Positions 43,681 to 47,124 of a stretch of 47,124 nt of DNA are shown in pieces. The DNA comes from Actinomycetota bacterium (GTDB taxonomy: Bacteria > Actinomycetota > Acidimicrobiia > Acidimicrobiales > Ilumatobacteraceae): assembly GCA_016870295.1 (NCBI GenBank), contig VGBY01000001.1:1-47124 (forward strand), in the 5' to 3' direction. The translations under genes were made by a program, and so were the position numbers. Under the pieces are notes generated by a model, which made no database searches, was not told where the DNA came from, and worked only from the letters and a program-made list of their open reading frames with translations. Position 1 is the first letter of the stretch; the number at the start of each line of letters is the position of its first letter.

Positions 43681-44391
43681 ATGGCCCGTTCGCAGCGCAG
43701 CTGGGACACCGACGCACTACCCACCGGCGCCGCCAAAGCCCGCGCCGTACGGGACATGTTCGATGCCATCGCCCCGCGCTACGACTTGGTGAACCGCGTC
43801 ATGACGTTTCGATTGGACGTGCGCTGGCGCAAAGCCACCGTCGAGGCTCTGCATCTACCCCCGAAATCGCTCGTGCTCGATCTGGCGAGTGGCACGGGCG
43901 ACTTTTGCCGTGAACTCGAACGCCAGGGGTTGCGTCCGCTGTCGTTCGACTTCTCCTATGGCATGCTGGCCGCCGATACGAGCGAAGCGCCGCGCACTCA
44001 GGCGGACGCGCTGCGTCTACCGGTTCGTGACTCTTCGGTGCATGGCGTGACGTGCGGTTTCGCGCTGCGCAACTTCACCGACTTGCCTTCATTCTTCGGG
44101 GAGTTGGCCAGAGTCACGCAGTCGGGCGGACGCGTCGCTTTGCTTGACGTATCAGTGCCCACCAATCCGCTCGTTCGCCTCGGCAACACCATCTACTTCG
44201 GGCACATCGTGCCGAAACTTGGCGCGTTGTTGTCTGACGGACCCGCCTATCGCTACCTACCGCGCAGTGTGTCGTATCTCCCGTCGGCGGTCGACCTGGC
44301 ACGCATGCTGACGGATTCGGGATTTCTCGACGTGCGACATCGGCAACTCTCCGGCGGTCTAACGCAGTTGCTCACCGGTACCCGCGGCTGA
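43681..44391 (+). CDS. menG: Demethylmenaquinone / ubiquinone-menaquinone methyltransferase (UbiE/MenG)
   Basis: Motifs FDAIAPRYDLVNRVMTF and the SAM motif VLDLASGTGD, plus the C-terminal YRYLPRSV motif. 236 aa. Confidence 0.88.
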   Translation: MARSQRSWDTDALPTGAAKARAVRDMFDAIAPRYDLVNRVMTFRLDVRWRKATVEALHLPPKSLVLDLASGTGDFCRELERQGLRPLSFDFSYGMLAADTSEAPRTQADALRLPVRDSSVHGVTCGFALRNFTDLPSFFGELARVTQSGGRVALLDVSVPTNPLVRLGNTIYFGHIVPKLGALLSDGPAYRYLPRSVSYLPSAVDLARMLTDSGFLDVRHRQLSGGLTQLLTGTRG

Positions 44392-44402
44392 TAACGCACA
44401 TC

Positions 44403-45605
44403 ATGCGGCTCGTCACACGACCACTGCGGGAGTTCGTCGATGGTGATTGCGATCTCAATGACGTTGCCGGCCACGATGGTGTTCTCTTCGTGCGCAACGG
44501 AGTCGGCTTCGCGGGTGTCGGCGAACTGGCGCGGGTGCCGCTCAACGAAGCAGGCTCCGTGTTGTCAGAAATGATGTGCGATGACAACGTCGCATCGACG
44601 GGCACCGACGGAATTGCACTGGGTTGGCACAACTTCGCCGGAACCGAGCGAGTGGCCATCGTGCCGCGCATCGTGGTCGGCAAGAGCGTGACGGGCGATG
44701 CGTGGGTCACGTTCCCCGCCACTGACGAGGCACTGGTGCGCACCACGCTCACGACTTCCGCGCCGGCGCCTGCGACGGACAGTTCGTTCTCGATTCGTCC
44801 AGGGGTCGCCGTTGACACGTATCTCAACGCCGTATCGGTGGCCCGAGACGCGGTACAGCGAGGCGACATCACCAAGGCCGTCATTGCCCGGGACATCATT
44901 GTGGAGTCGTCGCAGAAGATCGACATTCACGCGCTACTCCGACGCCTGAAGGCGACATTCGGATCCAGTTACCGATACAGCATTGATGGGTTCGTCGGCG
45001 CGTCGCCGGAACTGTTGGTCGAACGACTCGGAGACGAGGTGCGCAGCCTGCCGCTGGCCGGCACCTGCCCACGCACTGGCGACCCGAGTGTGGACGCGCA
45101 ACTCGCGGCGGGTCTGCGAGCGAGCGCCAAGAATCAGATTGAGCACCGCGTGGTGATTGACATGGTGCACGACACGTTGCTGCCGTGGTGCTCGTACCTG
45201 GACTGGCAGCCCGAACCCGATGTCATCGCGGTCGCCAATGTGCAGCATCTCGGCACCCGCATCGAAGGGCGGCTGTCGCAACCGCTGCCGAGCGTGATTG
45301 ATCTCGTCGTTGCGTTGAACCCGACACCCGCACTCGGTGGCCATCCGCGCGATACAGCGCTACGACTCATTGCCAGCCACGAAGGCATGCAGCGCGGTCG
45401 CTACGGAGGTTCCGTCGGCTGGGTTGATCGTCACGGCAACGGCACATGGGCCGTCGCAATTCGATGCGCAGAGTTCTCGGCCGACCGCAGAAGCGCACGA
45501 CTCTTTGCGGGAGGTGGCATCGTTGCCGAGAGCGAGCCGCAGACGGAATTCGCCGAGACGCAAGCAAAGTTTCAGGCAATGCTGGCCGCGATCGTGCGTC
45601 CGTAA
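44403..45605 (+). CDS. menF: Isochorismate synthase
   Basis: Chorismate-binding enzyme motifs LNPTPALGG, RGRYGGSVGW and AGGGIVAESEP. 400 aa. Located in a men gene neighbourhood. Confidence 0.85.
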   Translation: MRLVTRPLREFVDGDCDLNDVAGHDGVLFVRNGVGFAGVGELARVPLNEAGSVLSEMMCDDNVASTGTDGIALGWHNFAGTERVAIVPRIVVGKSVTGDAWVTFPATDEALVRTTLTTSAPAPATDSSFSIRPGVAVDTYLNAVSVARDAVQRGDITKAVIARDIIVESSQKIDIHALLRRLKATFGSSYRYSIDGFVGASPELLVERLGDEVRSLPLAGTCPRTGDPSVDAQLAAGLRASAKNQIEHRVVIDMVHDTLLPWCSYLDWQPEPDVIAVANVQHLGTRIEGRLSQPLPSVIDLVVALNPTPALGGHPRDTALRLIASHEGMQRGRYGGSVGWVDRHGNGTWAVAIRCAEFSADRRSARLFAGGGIVAESEPQTEFAETQAKFQAMLAAIVRP

Positions 45606-45627
45606 CGTTGCCCCGCGCGACCGCTGA

Positions 45628-47124
45628 CTAGCCCGCCTTGACGGCCGCAATCACCAACTGTTGCAGCTCAGCATGGCGGGCGACGTTCGCGTCGCGATCC
45701 GTACGCACGATGATGACCTGCGGGCCTTGCCGCGCGACGGAAGAACGCAGTTCGGCGCTACCTGAGACGTGTGTTGTCCGCAGTCCATGTGCCGCAGCCA
45801 GAGCCGCCAAGTCCGTGCCGTGAGGCGTACCGAAAAGTTGCTCAAACCGATCAGATTCGAGGGTGTCACGTTGTGGCAAGAACGAGAAGATTCCGCCTCC
45901 ACGGTTGTCTATCACCACCACTCGAAGGTCAACCTGTCGTTCGACGAGATCGATGAATCCGTTCGAGTCGTGAAGGAATGCCACGTCACCGATGAGCAGT
46001 CCGGTAGGCAGCCCGCTCGCCAGTGCAGCGCCGACGGCTGTAGACACCACACCGTCGATGCCATTCGCCCCCCGATTCGCCATGACGCGCACGTGGCTCG
46101 ATGTTGCGCCGTACCACTCCACGTCACGGATTGGCATCGATGACGAAACAATCAATTGCGAGCCGGACGGCAACGCTGCGAGCACATTCCGTGCGATCCC
46201 GGGCTCACTGAGCACGGTCTCGTTGTCCAACTGTCCGGCTATCACGCTGCGCGCTGCAGCTTCGGCGGTCGTCCAGCGCTGAAGCCAGGATGACTCGCTC
46301 GGGGCAACTACCTGTAGCAGATCTGCGCACAGCCGATCAGCGTCGGTCACCACGTGCATCGATACTTGGCGCTCAGGGTCGATAAGAAACGGCGACTTCG
46401 TCACGGCGGTGACTTCGGCACGCGAATCGCGGAGCCAACCATTCACCACTTTTGACGCTGGCAGGGCTCCGAATCGCAATACGGCGTCGGGTCGCAAAGA
46501 TGCCGCAATGTCGCCGTCGCGCAGCCACGCATCTGCGTGCCGCACAGCATGTTCTGAATCGCTACGGCAACCACTGAGCGGGTCCGCCAGTATCGGCCAC
46601 GCGAGCCGGCTCGCCAGCTGCTGCACCGCTTCCCGTGCAACCCCGCGCTCACCAACGACGATGACACCACGTCGGCCACGCAGTCGTGAACCGATCTTCG
46701 ACAACGCCTCAGTGCCGATGGGTTTGGATCGCGAAGCACGGCTCCATTCATCGCGAGCTGGTAGCGGACCGACGACTCCAACGAGCGGCTCACGAAACGG
46801 CAGGTTCATCTGCACGGGACCTGGTCGCTCACCCATCGCATTCGCGTACGCGCGTCGTGCCGCTCGCCGCCACTCATCGCTTCGCTCATCGTCGGCGACG
46901 CCCAAATCGAGGTACGCGCGCACGACACCCCCGTACAGGTGCTTCTGATCGATGGTCTGCGGAGCACCGACACCCTGCAGCTCCGGTGGACGGTCGGCTG
47001 TCAACACGATCAGCGGAACCTCGGCATGCGAAGCCTCGATGACCGCGGGATAGAAATTCGCTGCCGCAGTTCCCGACGTGCACAGCAAAAGGGTTGGCTT
47101 GCCGCTTGCTTTCGCCGCACCCAA
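45628..47124 (-). CDS. menD: 2-succinyl-5-enolpyruvyl-6-hydroxy-3-cyclohexene-1-carboxylate synthase (partial; N-terminus lies beyond the window end)
   Basis: ThDP enzyme motifs TSGTAAANFYPAV, LTADRPPEL and GDVAFLHDSNG...NNRGGGIF. The ORF is open to the window edge. Confidence 0.88.
   Translation of the reverse strand: MGAAKASGKPTLLLCTSGTAAANFYPAVIEASHAEVPLIVLTADRPPELQGVGAPQTIDQKHLYGGVVRAYLDLGVADDERSDEWRRAARRAYANAMGERPGPVQMNLPFREPLVGVVGPLPARDEWSRASRSKPIGTEALSKIGSRLRGRRGVIVVGERGVAREAVQQLASRLAWPILADPLSGCRSDSEHAVRHADAWLRDGDIAASLRPDAVLRFGALPASKVVNGWLRDSRAEVTAVTKSPFLIDPERQVSMHVVTDADRLCADLLQVVAPSESSWLQRWTTAEAAARSVIAGQLDNETVLSEPGIARNVLAALPSGSQLIVSSSMPIRDVEWYGATSSHVRVMANRGANGIDGVVSTAVGAALASGLPTGLLIGDVAFLHDSNGFIDLVERQVDLRVVVIDNRGGGIFSFLPQRDTLESDRFEQLFGTPHGTDLAALAAAHGLRTTHVSGSAELRSSVARQGPQVIIVRTDRDANVARHAELQQLVIAAVKAG

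Overview
This is a high-GC, very gene-dense bacterial chromosomal window (GC judged by eye, not computed). I call 46 protein-coding genes and 2 tRNA-Leu genes. I found no rRNA, CRISPR array, transposase, integrase or prophage signature. Content is almost entirely core housekeeping, and the synteny is typical of Actinomycetota: pdtaR-polA-rpsA-coaE-uvrB, uvrC-rapZ...gap-pgk-tpiA...secG, an mtrA/mtrB/lpqB-like set, an F420-type LLM oxidoreductase and menaquinone genes. A standalone trpF, a type II FAS with fabZ, and the lack of yvcK/whiA suggest a deep-branching lineage such as Acidimicrobiia, but that is inference only.

Layout:
- 1-22760 is one uninterrupted minus-strand array: tRNA-Leu, secG, a 5-gene Opp/Dpp-type ABC importer, tpiA, pgk, gap, rapZ, uvrC, uvrA, uvrB, coaE, rpsA, polA, pdtaR, a small coiled-coil ORF and tRNA-Leu.
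- 22831-27145 (+) is a fabD-fabH-fabG-acpP-fabF cluster.
- 27151-34109 (-) carries fabZ, bcp, trpA, trpB, trpF, trpC, glyQS, recO and a degenerate UppS-like gene.
- The remainder carries uppS, dinG, an MtrA-like regulator placed divergently from an MtrB-like kinase and a short GerMN lipoprotein, era, a small membrane protein, MaoC, LLM, acyl-CoA dehydrogenase, menG, menF and a partial menD.

No obvious accessory or defence island is present. The most interesting observations are at the domain and architecture level:
1. A divergent pair of cis-prenyltransferase-family genes splits the catalytic motifs and the C-terminal RxG motif between two proteins. This predicts a heteromeric NgBR/DHDDS-like enzyme in a bacterium.
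2. FabD is fused to a lysine-free biotinyl/lipoyl-like C-terminal domain.
3. The MtrAB-LpqB module is rearranged and its LpqB-like member is truncated.
4. uvrB, uvrA and uvrC are contiguous, and rapZ abuts gap with no yvcK or whiA.

All functional calls rest on motif recognition by eye in the supplied translations. No database searches were run.
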